From NCBI GenBank assembly GCA_963790475.1, contig CAWBOS010000006.1:640001-704000 (forward strand): a stretch of DNA of 64,000 nucleotides. Direction: 5' to 3'. Under the pieces are notes generated by a model, which was not told the DNA's origin, searched no databases, and worked only from the letters and a program-made list of their open reading frames with translations. Positions 17,294 to 27,321 of this stretch are shown piece by piece. The translations under genes were made by a program, and so were the position numbers. Numbering within the stretch: position 1 is the stretch's first letter; each line of letters begins with the position of its first letter. This stretch comes from an uncultured delta proteobacterium. Lineage in GTDB: Bacteria; Desulfobacterota; RBG-13-43-22.

Positions 17294-19870
17294 TCATTCC
17301 TCCCGGATCATTTCCCGGGTACTCTTCCGTGCGGCCATGGCGGCAGGAATCCAGCCGGAAAGTAGGGAACCCAGGACTATGATGCCCAGGGTTTGGAGAT
17401 AAATCAGCCAGGACCAATGAAAAGGGATGGTCCAACCAAAGGATTGTTTATTGATAACATAGATCAGGATCAGCGACATAAATGTTCCGGCGATCCCTCC
17501 CCAGATAAAGCTGAAAAGACCCATCAGGGTAGTTTCCGTCAAGATCATCCGACGGATTTGGCCCGGCAAAGCCCCCAGGGCTTTAAGTATCCCCAATTCC
17601 TTCTCTCGAAAAAGAATGGAAATGGAACTGGAATGGAGGATACCCAAAAAGGCCACCAGGATGGCAATGGCCTCCAGGACATAGGTGATCTGGAAGGTTT
17701 GATCAAAAATATTCAGGATCTGGTCTCTCAACTCCTTGTTGGAAATGATCACCAGGGAAACCCGTCCGGCAAATCTTTTATTAATCGACTCCCGAACCTG
17801 ATGGATCCGGGCCGGGTCTTTCAGATAAACGCGCACCCCGTTGATCCGAGGATCCTTCCAATATTTAAGGAAAAGATGCCGATCCATCCAGACCGCCCCC
17901 CCCTCGGTCCGGTAATCATAAAATATCCCGGCCACCAAGAAAGGACGAGGCCCTTCGGCGGTCATCAGTTTAAGCCTGGCCCCTTGCTTCAGGCCCAGTT
18001 GGTTGGCCAGGACTTCGGAGACAAGGATGTCTTCTCCGGTCAGGGTTTTTTGAAAAATCTCTTCACTCTTTCCCCCGGTGAAAGCCAGTCCCCCATGACG
18101 CTCAATGACCGCCAGATCCCCTGACCAGAGTCGTACCGGAAAACCCTTCAACTCGGTGATCATTCCCCGGTATTTGTAAATCTCATCAATTTCTTTTATG
18201 CTTTCAATTTCCCGAAGGACCTCCGGCTGCAGGAACTGGGAAAAGGCCTGATTGGAAAGAGACACCGGTCCGACAAATAGATCGCCGCTGACCGATTGGC
18301 CGATCCAGTTATCCACCGCCTGCCGGAAGCTTCGGATCATCAGGCTGACACTGATCAGCATGGCAATGGCAATCATCAAGGCGGCCATGCCCACGGCCAT
18401 CCGACTCAAGTAACGGTTTATATAATTCACTCCCAGCCAGGCCGACAGTAAATTATTTTTCCCATGAAAGCCCAAAGATAAAATCCGGTTGATTCCTCCC
18501 CGAACGAAATCGGGCAATAAAAAAGAAAATCCCAGGGTCAGGGCCAGTGTGGCCGAGAATCCTCCGACAGGCCAGTTATTCCAAGGCGGAAGCCCGGTCA
18601 AAAGAAGGGCCAGACCGAGCAATCCCAATCCCCGGTAGAGATTTTTCCGGTTTCGTTTTCGTCCCAGATCGATCAACCCCGGTCTCTGATAAATAACCTC
18701 ACGGGGTTCGAGTTTGGCCGCTTGCCTGGCCGGAATATAGGCCGAGGCCACGGAAAAGAGCATGGAAAAGAAAATCATTAACCCGGCTTCCCAAAAAGAG
18801 AAAGGGATTGCCCTGACTCCGATCAGGACATACAAGTTGGTGATGGTTCGGGAGACGGTTTCCAAAAGAAGCCCGGCCAGCAAGGTCCCTCCGCCAACGC
18901 CTATCAGTCCGCCGATCAGTCCAAAACCCGCGGCTTCAAGAAGGACCAAAAGCAGGACCTGTCCGGGCAGCATCCCGAGAGATCTTAAGATCCCCAATTC
19001 CTTTCGCCTCCGGACTACGGAAAGGGAAGCGGTATTGTAAATAAGATACATACTGACCAGCACGGCAATAAAACTCAAAGCCGTCAGATTCAATTGATAA
19101 GAATGGATCATTCGTTCCGTCCCTTTTTCCCGATCGGCCGGCTGGATCAGACGGACCCCCCGGGGAATGACTTTTTCCAGTTCCCGAATCTGGTTACTTT
19201 CTGTCCCCCCTTCCTTCAACAAAAGGTCAATGCGATCCAGGACTCCGATTTTTCCAAAAATCTCTTGGGCCTGGGCGATATCCATGAGACCAAAATGGCC
19301 TTCCAAAGCCTGAGCCGGCCCTTCGGCTTCCATAAGCACGGCAACCGTCAGTTTTTTAGGAAGTCCATTGACCAGGATGGTCAAGACGTCCCCTTTTTTG
19401 ATTCCATAACGCGCGGCGAAAACTCGGGTAAGGCCGATGGACCGGGGGATGGTCAACAAAGACAGCAACTCCTCTCCCTTTAATGAAGAAAGGGAATCGG
19501 AATAGCGGCGGATTCCGGCTTCGGAAAAGAAATCCACCCCCATGATCCAGATCATTTGATCAGGCCAACGGGACAGGGAGGCCTTAAACTCGACCACCGG
19601 GGCGGCTGCCTGAATAACCGGGTGTGTTTTTATGATCGGGAAGAGGCGCTCATCGATTTCTCTCCCTTCCTGAACAAGCTGCCACCCCGCCTTCCCTGAA
19701 AGGGCCTGAACCGTATTTTTAAAAGACTTTATGGAGGCGCCCACGGTAAGATGGATACTGACAAAAACCGAAACCCCTAAGGCCAGACCCAAAATAATCA
19801 AAAGGGATTGGCGCCAGGACTGGAGATAGTGGCGAAAAATAAAAAGGGAATAGACACGTGGGGAAGCCAT
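17294..19870 (-). CDS. FtsX/MacB-like ABC transporter permease (AttF/G-like, duplicated)
   Basis: Two permease halves; SVVRRRKELGILRSLG and FREKELGILKALG. Confidence 0.92.
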   Translation of the reverse strand: MASPRVYSLFIFRHYLQSWRQSLLIILGLALGVSVFVSIHLTVGASIKSFKNTVQALSGKAGWQLVQEGREIDERLFPIIKTHPVIQAAAPVVEFKASLSRWPDQMIWIMGVDFFSEAGIRRYSDSLSSLKGEELLSLLTIPRSIGLTRVFAARYGIKKGDVLTILVNGLPKKLTVAVLMEAEGPAQALEGHFGLMDIAQAQEIFGKIGVLDRIDLLLKEGGTESNQIRELEKVIPRGVRLIQPADREKGTERMIHSYQLNLTALSFIAVLVSMYLIYNTASLSVVRRRKELGILRSLGMLPGQVLLLVLLEAAGFGLIGGLIGVGGGTLLAGLLLETVSRTITNLYVLIGVRAIPFSFWEAGLMIFFSMLFSVASAYIPARQAAKLEPREVIYQRPGLIDLGRKRNRKNLYRGLGLLGLALLLTGLPPWNNWPVGGFSATLALTLGFSFLLPDFVRGGINRILSLGFHGKNNLLSAWLGVNYINRYLSRMAVGMAALMIAIAMLISVSLMIRSFRQAVDNWIGQSVSGDLFVGPVSLSNQAFSQFLQPEVLREIESIKEIDEIYKYRGMITELKGFPVRLWSGDLAVIERHGGLAFTGGKSEEIFQKTLTGEDILVSEVLANQLGLKQGARLKLMTAEGPRPFLVAGIFYDYRTEGGAVWMDRHLFLKYWKDPRINGVRVYLKDPARIHQVRESINKRFAGRVSLVIISNKELRDQILNIFDQTFQITYVLEAIAILVAFLGILHSSSISILFREKELGILKALGALPGQIRRMILTETTLMGLFSFIWGGIAGTFMSLILIYVINKQSFGWTIPFHWSWLIYLQTLGIIVLGSLLSGWIPAAMAARKSTREMIREE

Positions 19871-19980
19871 GGGTTATAGCCAAAAGGGAATGATGACTGA
19901 CCTAAGAGACCCGATGCCAGATGAATCCCTCCAATTCGCCAAATAAAATCTTGGCATCAACCATTTTCTTTCATTGGGCA

Positions 19981-20655
19981 TCATGAATCTTGAATTTTCC
20001 CATCCTTCAACTTGATGATTCGATTGGCCAGGGCATCGGCCTCCCGGGAATGGGTGGCGATGATAATCGTTTGTCCCTGTTTACGATTTAAATCCTTCAT
20101 AACCGAAAGTACTTGTAAACCGGTCTGGGAATCGAGGTTTCCGGTAGGCTCGTCGGCCAGGATGACCTTTGGTGAATTAATCAAGGCTCGGGCGATGGCC
20201 ACCCGCTGCTGTTCTCCTCCCGATAATTCATGGGCACGGTGGTTTCTCCGATGGCTCAGTTCCACCTGCTTCAAAAGATTTTCAACCTTGGGACGGACAT
20301 CCTCCTGAGGAAAGCCATCCAACCAGCGAGGCAGGGCAATATTTTCTTCCACCGTCAGCATGGGAATCAAATTAAAAGACTGGAAGATGGTTCCCACCTC
20401 CCGCCGCCGGAAAAGGGTCCGTTCCTTTTCTGAAAGGGGGCATATATTTTTCCCTCCCACCCAAACCTCTCCAGAGGTAGGCTGGTCCAAGGCCCCGATC
20501 AGGTTTAACAAGGTCGTTTTCCCGCAGCCGCTCTTCCCGGAAAGGATGATCATTTCTCCCGAATCAACGCACAGATCGATCCCCTGCAAGGCCCGTACTT
20601 CCCCGGCCTCGGTGGGGTAGGATTTGGAAACGTTCTTAAGTTCAATCAACGACAT
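19981..20655 (-). CDS. ABC transporter ATP-binding protein (LolD/AttE-like)
   Basis: [33 protein letters not shown]; likely start MSLIELKNV at 20655. Confidence 0.95.
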   Translation of the reverse strand: MSLIELKNVSKSYPTEAGEVRALQGIDLCVDSGEMIILSGKSGCGKTTLLNLIGALDQPTSGEVWVGGKNICPLSEKERTLFRRREVGTIFQSFNLIPMLTVEENIALPRWLDGFPQEDVRPKVENLLKQVELSHRRNHRAHELSGGEQQRVAIARALINSPKVILADEPTGNLDSQTGLQVLSVMKDLNRKQGQTIIIATHSREADALANRIIKLKDGKIQDS

Positions 20656-20665
20656 AAAAAAACCT

Positions 20666-20726
20666 GTGACGGGTAACGAGTGACGAAAAAAATGACACGG
20701 AGACACGGGGATTGGGTGACACGAGG
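20666..20726. repeat. Downstream 8-mer tandem repeat arm of the four-helix-bundle gene
   Basis: gtgacgggtaacgagtgacg...gacacggagacacggggattgggtgacacgagg. Confidence 0.8.
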
Positions 20727-20787
20727 AAAACTTCCTTCCTCGTCTCCGGGTCCTCCTGTCTATTCCCTTTCATCAAATTGTAACTTT

Positions 20788-21165
20788 TTATCCAATCTTC
20801 CAATGCTCGGGATTGGAAATCATCTTTACCAATTTGCCTTGAATCTGGTCATAAATCCGATCTATTTCTTTGAAAAATATATTATCAATGTAACCACATC
20901 GGAAACAAAATTCAAGCCAGACTTGCGTTTCCGCAGCTTCCGCCTCGGCATCACTCAGTTTGCTGACGAAAGCATTCGGGTAACGCCTTTTTCGCCAGGC
21001 TTCAGCGATGTTTGCACATACGGAACGTGATGAACGTCTTATCTGATCCGTGAGTGAATATCTTTCTTCTATTGGGAAACTTTTGCTGGTCTCAAAAATT
21101 CTCAAAGCCCCCGCTCTGGCCAACAGATAAACCTCTAATTCCCTAAAGTGACGAATAGTTGTCAT
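20788..21165 (-). CDS. Four helix bundle protein (23S rRNA IVS protein / bAvd-like family)
   Basis: FRELEVY, FPIEERYSLTDQIRRSSRSVCANIAEAW, EAAETQVWL. Confidence 0.93.
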   Translation of the reverse strand: MTTIRHFRELEVYLLARAGALRIFETSKSFPIEERYSLTDQIRRSSRSVCANIAEAWRKRRYPNAFVSKLSDAEAEAAETQVWLEFCFRCGYIDNIFFKEIDRIYDQIQGKLVKMISNPEHWKIG

Positions 21166-21167
21166 TT

Positions 21168-21210
21168 CCCTCCCCCTCCCCGCATCTCCCCGTCACCGTG
21201 TCTCCGTGTC
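21168..21210. repeat. Upstream 8-mer tandem repeat arm of the four-helix-bundle gene
   Basis: ccccgcatctccccgtcaccgtgtctccgtgtc; 21196-21210 is the exact reverse complement of 20694-20708. Confidence 0.85.
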
Positions 21211-21233
21211 TTTCTATACACGGGAAACTTTTA

Positions 21234-22220
21234 TCAAACCATCCATCTTTTGAATTCTTCTTTGGGTGTCTTGGTCACATAAACCTCCCACTCCCGATCC
21301 CCTTGTCCCAATCGGACCGAAACAATCCGGTCTCCGGGGGCGTCGCTATAGGTCAGGCAGAGGTTGGCCAGCTTTTCCCAATCTTCCGGCCTTGCAATTT
21401 TTCCTATGGCCAGGGCCATGGGGCCGGGATGACCCATCACGCGGGCCCAGCCGTCTTCAGGATCAACCCATTTTTCGATAAATTCATTTTCTTTTTGGTT
21501 TCTCCCGATAATCACTTTGTTCTTGGAATCCAAACGAAAATGTCGGCCGGCTTTTAGAAGCTCCACTTCCCTTAAGGGAGGGTCCGGAGCGTGGGAAAAC
21601 AGTTCTTTCAGCCGGATGGAGAAGATGGGATCGGTTAAAAGACATCCCCCGGCCGGAGCAGGATAATCATTTAGTCCATACCCTTCGGCCAGGGCCATTT
21701 GCCGCTTTCGAGACCGTCCATGGATATCTAATAACCGGGAACGGTCCACCAAGCCTTCCTGCTCCGGCTTCGTTTCTTTTAGAAGGAGGGCGCTCAGGGG
21801 CCGAAGAATACGGTCAAGATGGCCGGATTCCTTTTCGACCGCCCGCAGAGATGGTTTGGTTTGAGAAAACGGTCTTTGTCCGAGGACCTCTCCGGTAAAA
21901 ATAAAATCAGCCTGAATTTCTTTCAAGTACTCTCCGGCTTTTCGAACCATGAGGGCATGGCAATCGATACAGGGGTTCATCCCCTTCCCGTAGCCGTATC
22001 GGGGCGACTTAAGCATCCCCCAATGGTCCCGGGTGATATCCAGGACCTTCAAAGGAATTTTCAATTGCTCCGCCGCCCGCATCGCCTTTTCCGCCCCGAA
22101 GAAAAGAGTGACAAAGGAAACCCCTGTGACCTGAATCCCCTGATCTAAAATGACTCGGGCGGCCAGCATACTATCCAGGCCGCCCGAGAGTAAGCCGATA
22201 GCAGTTATCGAACGTTTCAT
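21234..22220 (-). CDS. ThiI/MnmA-like PP-loop tRNA thiolation protein lacking THUMP domain
   Basis: SGGLDS, NPCIDCH, GEVLGQRPFSQ, AGGCLLT. Confidence 0.85.
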   Translation of the reverse strand: MKRSITAIGLLSGGLDSMLAARVILDQGIQVTGVSFVTLFFGAEKAMRAAEQLKIPLKVLDITRDHWGMLKSPRYGYGKGMNPCIDCHALMVRKAGEYLKEIQADFIFTGEVLGQRPFSQTKPSLRAVEKESGHLDRILRPLSALLLKETKPEQEGLVDRSRLLDIHGRSRKRQMALAEGYGLNDYPAPAGGCLLTDPIFSIRLKELFSHAPDPPLREVELLKAGRHFRLDSKNKVIIGRNQKENEFIEKWVDPEDGWARVMGHPGPMALAIGKIARPEDWEKLANLCLTYSDAPGDRIVSVRLGQGDREWEVYVTKTPKEEFKRWMV

Positions 22221-22238
22221 GTTTTCCTGTTCATAGAT

Positions 22239-22637
22239 TCACGCCCTCACCGATACCAGAATACATCGGCAACCGATATGCATGATCGTTTCATTAAGGA
22301 GATCGTATTCTCCAAAGGAAAAGATACGATTTTCCATCTTTTGGCAGTCCGGACAAACCAGGTTATCGCTTCGGGTCTCCCAACGAAGTCCGGCCAATTG
22401 TGTCCTCCGGGCATCGTATATTACCCGGCGCCAGACAGCTCTTTTCTCGATTTCCAGGCTTTTGGCTTTTTCCAGGGACATGGCACCCTTATAAGGCAAG
22501 TGATAATACCATTGCGGGTCCCGAACCATCAAACCTTCCATCTCCAAATGGGCGGCTTTCAAAAAATCCTGAAAATTTCTATTGCCTCCGGCGGATTTTT
22601 TTTCTTTTTTTTCTTTATCTCTTTTCCAAAACGGCAT
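22239..22637 (-). CDS. Hypothetical protein with MuF/phage head morphogenesis-like Cys/His motif
   Basis: W-x-T-x-x-D-x-x-VCPDC ... HIGCRC. Confidence 0.65.
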   Translation of the reverse strand: MPFWKRDKEKKEKKSAGGNRNFQDFLKAAHLEMEGLMVRDPQWYYHLPYKGAMSLEKAKSLEIEKRAVWRRVIYDARRTQLAGLRWETRSDNLVCPDCQKMENRIFSFGEYDLLNETIMHIGCRCILVSVRA

Positions 22638-22646
22638 GGGGCCTCC

Positions 22647-23096
22647 TTAAAAAAAACCGGCTTTCTTTTTCTTTTCTAAAAACCTGATATCCAACTGATC
22701 CTCAGGACGATTGGCCCTTTTTTTGCTTTCCAGTAAATCATTCCCGGAAAGACATTTGACCGGGGTCCCATTCTCAGTTTCATGAATAACCGAACGGGTT
22801 TCTGCCAAATCGAATTTAGGCAATCCAGGTCCTCCGAGATGAAATTGGAGGATACCCCATCGAGTCTGATAGGTTTGAATAAAATTTTCTCCTTTTTCCC
22901 CAAGAGGCAGCAATGGTAGATCCAAATCATCCTTAAACAATTCATTAATTTTTTCGATATTTTGTAAGTCCTTTGGTGGGATATAAAAATCCCAGTCCAT
23001 GGAAAATCGGGGCATTCCCTCAAAACGTATGGCTTGACCGCCGATAAGCAGGTACCGGATTTTGTATTGATTGAAGAGCTTAATCAGCTCGTCCAT
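22647..23096 (-). CDS. Minimal nucleotidyltransferase-fold protein (DUF6036-like)
   Basis: YLLIGGQA..G.PR.S.DWD, LLESKK.ANRPEDQLDI. Confidence 0.85.
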   Translation of the reverse strand: MDELIKLFNQYKIRYLLIGGQAIRFEGMPRFSMDWDFYIPPKDLQNIEKINELFKDDLDLPLLPLGEKGENFIQTYQTRWGILQFHLGGPGLPKFDLAETRSVIHETENGTPVKCLSGNDLLESKKRANRPEDQLDIRFLEKKKKAGFF

Positions 23097-23278
23097 TTGG
23101 CACCACCTTTTTCAGCGATCTCTTCCAAGTAGCTTATTTTCCAAAGATTCATTTCTTCATAAGATTGAAACTTTTTTGCCTTGAATTTTGGTAAGGCCGC
23201 TATCCGGGGCAGAGGATTTACTCTGGGGTTATTGACCCACAAATCAAGTTTTCCAAAATAATCATCGGTGATTTTCAT
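23084..23278 (-). CDS. Small hypothetical protein overlapping the nucleotidyltransferase (putative partner)
   Basis: 64 aa, 13-nt overlap with the downstream gene, KKFQSYEE..W motif. Confidence 0.7.
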   Translation of the reverse strand: MKITDDYFGKLDLWVNNPRVNPLPRIAALPKFKAKKFQSYEEMNLWKISYLEEIAEKGGAKWTS

Positions 23279-23496
23279 AAGTTTCTTCTTTCAATACGCC
23301 CTAAAATCTTACCGGGGAGTATAACCAATGACTAAGTCCGGGTCAAGAAATCCCTTTGGCCCCTCGGAAATTAATCCCCTTTTTTTCGGCAACATGTTAT
23401 GATTAAAAACAAATTAACAGGGGATAACCCGTGATCACTAATTTGTCTTGAAACCCGTGAGGAGATTGAAAAAACATTCATAGGGGACGGCAAAAG

Positions 23497-26400
23497 ATGA
23501 ATAAAAAAGAGAGCGCCCAAAAACAGAGAACCAAAAAGGAACTCCTTGATGAGTTGACCGCCCTGCGGCAAGAGTTGGAAAACGTTCAATCGACCCAGGC
23601 CGAGATGAAGAAAGACAAGGAGGCTCAGGAAGAAAAGGGGAAATTCTTAACCCATATTTTTTCCAGCATCCCGGAAGGGATCAACGTCCTGGATCCCGAA
23701 ATGAATATCCTCTTCGTCAATCCCACCATGGAACGCTGGACTCCTCATGTCCGGCCATTGGTAGGCAGAAAATGTTATGAGGCCTACCACGGAAGGAGTC
23801 AACGCTGTGAGGTTTGTCCCTGCTATGAAACCTTTCAGACCGGCCAAGTGGCTAATGAAATAATTCCCGTTCTGGATACTAAGGGTGAAATCTCCGGGTG
23901 GTCCCATCACTTTAGTTTCCCTATGCTGGATCTGGAAACAGGCCGGATAAGCAGTGTGATTGAGTATATTCGTAACATTACCAAGGGAAAGCAGGCCGAG
24001 GATGCCCTCAAAGCTTCCGAGGAGAGATATCGTTCCATTCTCGAAAATCTTGCTGATGGGTATTATGAGACGGACCTGGCCGGTCATTTCACCTTTTTCA
24101 ACGATCAATTGACCAAAATATTCAGCTATACCAGAGATGAGTTGATGGGGATGGATAATCGGCAATATGCCGATGCCGAAAATGCCAAGAAGATTTATCA
24201 AGCCTTTAATCGGGTTTATCGGACAGGAGAACCGGCTATTGGTTCCCCGTTTGAAACCATTACCAAGAATAAAACCAGGCGAAATGTGGAGCTCTCCATT
24301 TCTTTAATCAGGGATGCTTCAGGAAAACCGGTCGGGTTCCGAGGCATTGCCCGGGACATCACCGATCTCATAAAAATACAGAGCGATTTAAGAGAGAGTG
24401 AAGAAAGATACCGCACCATTATCGAAACCATGGAAGACGGGTATTATGAGGTAGATCTGGCCGGCAACTTCACTTATGTAAACGAGGCCATGGCCCAGCT
24501 TACCGGCTATTCCGCTAAGGAATTGTTAGGCATTCGCACCAGCACACACACCATGCAATATACCGATGCGGAGAATGCTAAAATATTATCCCAGGCCTTC
24601 ACGCAAATTTACCGGACCGGAGAACCCTCCAAAGGGATTATTTACCGGGCCTCACACAAAAATGGGGAATGGAAAACCATATCCACTTCGGCCACTTTGA
24701 TCCGGGACGAGCAAGGTAACCCTAAAGGATTCAGGGGTATTTCCAGGGACATCACTGATCTCATATTGATTCAAAACGCTTTAAGAGAGAGCGAGGAGCG
24801 ATACCGGACCATTATTGAAACTATTGAAGACGCCTATTATGAGATGGACCTGACCGGCAACTTCACCTTTTTTAATGCAGCCATGTTTCGAATAATGGAA
24901 TATCCGATGGATGAAATGCTGGGCTTGAACTATCGGCAATTTACCGATGCCGAAAATGCCCAATTGCTATTTGAGGCCTTTAACCAGGTATATCTAACCG
25001 GGGAACCTTGCAAGAGTCTTCAGTTCAACGCCTTCAACAAAAATGGAGTGATGAAAAGCATTATAACCTCGGTATCGTTGATCCGGGATGGATCAGGGGA
25101 ACCGGTCGGGTTCCGGGGTATATCCAAGGACATTACCGAACTCATACAGATCCAAACCGATTTAAGAGCTAGCGAAGAGCGATACCGGACCATTATTGAA
25201 ACTATCGAGGACGGTTATTATGAAGTGGACCTGGCCGGCAAGGTAACCTTTTTAAATGATGCCCTGGCACGGATCAACGGCTATCCAAAGGAAAAAATGA
25301 TAGGAATGCACGCCCGTGAGTATACCGATGCCGAAAATACCGAATTATTAGATCGTGAATTTACCCAAATTTATCGTACCGGAAAACCTTCCAAAGGAAT
25401 CCTTTACGAAGTGATTACTCAAAATGGAGAAAGGAGAAGGCTTGAGACTTCTGTATCCTTGATCAGGGATTTTTCAGGACATCCGCTTGGGTTCCGGGGC
25501 ATTTCCAGAGATATTACTCCCCTCATCCAAATTCAGGAGGATTTGAGGAAGAGCGAAGAGCGATACCGGACCATTATTGAAACTATTGAAGACGGATATT
25601 TCGAGGTGGACCTAGCCGGAAACCTGACCTATTTCAACGATACCCTGGTTCGGATCCATGAGTATCCCCGGGCCGAAATGGAAAGGATGAATAACCGGCA
25701 TTATACCGATGCCGAGAATGCTAAGATATTATATAGGGCCTTTAATAAAGTTTATCGTACTGGAGAGCCCTCCAAAGGCACCCATTATGAAATCATTACC
25801 AAGGGCGGGGGAAGAAAAAATCTGGAGTCCTCGGTATCTTTGATCAGGGATTCGAATGGAAATCCGGTCGGGTTCCGGGGCATTGTCCGGGATGTCACCG
25901 AACTCAGGCAAGCCCAGAGGGCACTGCAATCCAGCGAAGAACGGTTCCGGATCGCCGCTGAAAGCACCAATGATTTTATTTATGAATGGGATCTCCAATC
26001 CGGTCAAATCGATTGGTCCGGCATGTCCGGTGCGAAATTGGGTCATATTTTAGGTGAACTCCCGCTCACGGCGGGTGAGTATGAAAAACGGATTCATCCG
26101 GAGGACCAGGAACGTTTCTCCAAGGCCGTCATAAACCATTTAAGGCAAGGAGACCCGTATCAGGAAGAATACCGGATGATAGGGAAAGAGGGGAATATTA
26201 TCCACCTGAGCGTTGCCGGCACGGGTCTGCGAGATGGTAAAGGGCGGGTCAATAAATGGATCGGGGTCATTACCGACATTACGGAGCGCAAGAATGCAGA
26301 GCAGGCCTTGCTGCGCAGTGAAGAACGGTTTCGGATCGCCGCTGAAAGCACCAATGATTTTATTTTTGAATGGGACCTCAAATCAGGTCGATTAGAATGG

Positions 26401-27318
26401 TTCGGCAATGTAGTTGAGCGGCTTGGTCATCTGTTAGGTGAAATCCCCAAAGACATAAGCACCTGGAATAAATTAACCCATCCTGAGGATCTTGAACGGC
26501 TATCAGAGGCAGTCAGAAGGCATTTAAGGCTAAGAGAACCCTATATGGAAGAATACCGGATGATCGGGAAGACTGGGGATATCATCCATGTGAGAGGGGC
26601 CGGAATGTGTCTGCGAGATGAAACAGGAAGAGGTTATAAATGGGTCGGGGCCTTGAGCGACATCACCCAACAGAAAAAAACCGAGGAAGAACTCAAGCAG
26701 AGCTTTGAAAAAGTACGCAAGGCCATGGGGGGTATCATCCAGGCCATGGCCTTGACCGTGGAAAGCAAGGACCCCTACACCGCCGGGCATCAACAGCGGG
26801 TATCCAACCTGGCCCGGACGATTGCCCAGGAAATGGGCCTGTCCAAAGACCAGGTGGAGGCGGTCCGCCTGGCCGGGGTGGTCCATGATCTGGGCAAGAT
26901 ATCGGTGCCGGCCGAAATTTTGAGTAAACCTACCAAACTCTCCGATCTCGAATTCAGCCTGATCCAAGGTCACTCACAAACCAGTTATGAAATCCTGAAA
27001 GATATCGATTTCCCCTGGCCGATTGCCCGGATCGCCCTTCAACATCATGAACGACTGAACGGTTCCGGCTACCCTGCCGGTCTTAAAGGAGATGAAATCC
27101 TTATAGAGGCCCAGGTCCTGATGGTGGCTGATGTGGTCGAGGCCATTGCCTCTCACCGGCCTTACCGGGCTGCCAGGGGGATAGATTTGGCCCTGGAGGA
27201 AATTGAAAAAAATAAAGGGGTGCTATACAACCCGACCGTGGTCGAAGCCTGTTTAAAGCTTTTCAGGGAAAAGGATTTTTCTTTGGATAGATCCCTTCTT
27301 ACTGCCGTCGGTCCATGA
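23497..27318 (+). CDS. Multi-PAS (8 PAS) HD-GYP phosphodiesterase
   Basis: One Cys-rich PAS, five SEERYR-initiated PAS-PAC repeats, two SEERFRIAAES repeats; HDLGKI, HHERLNGSGYP, HRPYR. Confidence 0.95.
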   Translation: MNKKESAQKQRTKKELLDELTALRQELENVQSTQAEMKKDKEAQEEKGKFLTHIFSSIPEGINVLDPEMNILFVNPTMERWTPHVRPLVGRKCYEAYHGRSQRCEVCPCYETFQTGQVANEIIPVLDTKGEISGWSHHFSFPMLDLETGRISSVIEYIRNITKGKQAEDALKASEERYRSILENLADGYYETDLAGHFTFFNDQLTKIFSYTRDELMGMDNRQYADAENAKKIYQAFNRVYRTGEPAIGSPFETITKNKTRRNVELSISLIRDASGKPVGFRGIARDITDLIKIQSDLRESEERYRTIIETMEDGYYEVDLAGNFTYVNEAMAQLTGYSAKELLGIRTSTHTMQYTDAENAKILSQAFTQIYRTGEPSKGIIYRASHKNGEWKTISTSATLIRDEQGNPKGFRGISRDITDLILIQNALRESEERYRTIIETIEDAYYEMDLTGNFTFFNAAMFRIMEYPMDEMLGLNYRQFTDAENAQLLFEAFNQVYLTGEPCKSLQFNAFNKNGVMKSIITSVSLIRDGSGEPVGFRGISKDITELIQIQTDLRASEERYRTIIETIEDGYYEVDLAGKVTFLNDALARINGYPKEKMIGMHAREYTDAENTELLDREFTQIYRTGKPSKGILYEVITQNGERRRLETSVSLIRDFSGHPLGFRGISRDITPLIQIQEDLRKSEERYRTIIETIEDGYFEVDLAGNLTYFNDTLVRIHEYPRAEMERMNNRHYTDAENAKILYRAFNKVYRTGEPSKGTHYEIITKGGGRKNLESSVSLIRDSNGNPVGFRGIVRDVTELRQAQRALQSSEERFRIAAESTNDFIYEWDLQSGQIDWSGMSGAKLGHILGELPLTAGEYEKRIHPEDQERFSKAVINHLRQGDPYQEEYRMIGKEGNIIHLSVAGTGLRDGKGRVNKWIGVITDITERKNAEQALLRSEERFRIAAESTNDFIFEWDLKSGRLEWFGNVVERLGHLLGEIPKDISTWNKLTHPEDLERLSEAVRRHLRLREPYMEEYRMIGKTGDIIHVRGAGMCLRDETGRGYKWVGALSDITQQKKTEEELKQSFEKVRKAMGGIIQAMALTVESKDPYTAGHQQRVSNLARTIAQEMGLSKDQVEAVRLAGVVHDLGKISVPAEILSKPTKLSDLEFSLIQGHSQTSYEILKDIDFPWPIARIALQHHERLNGSGYPAGLKGDEILIEAQVLMVADVVEAIASHRPYRAARGIDLALEEIEKNKGVLYNPTVVEACLKLFREKDFSLDRSLLTAVGP

Positions 27319-27321
27319 AGA

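Noticed and set aside
20788-21165. Diversity-generating retroelement (bAvd-like gene)
   Set aside because: No reverse transcriptase, and no TR/VR pair with adenine-specific mismatches seen in the window.
17129-21210. Short repeats as a CRISPR array
   Set aside because: Units are 7-9 bp tandem and degenerate, with no unique spacers and no cas genes.
22239-22637. Prophage
   Set aside because: No terminase, portal, capsid or integrase genes nearby.
24016-26700. PAS DNA repeats as a TR/VR pair or collapsed assembly
   Set aside because: Units are in-frame diverged domain duplications with differences at all bases.
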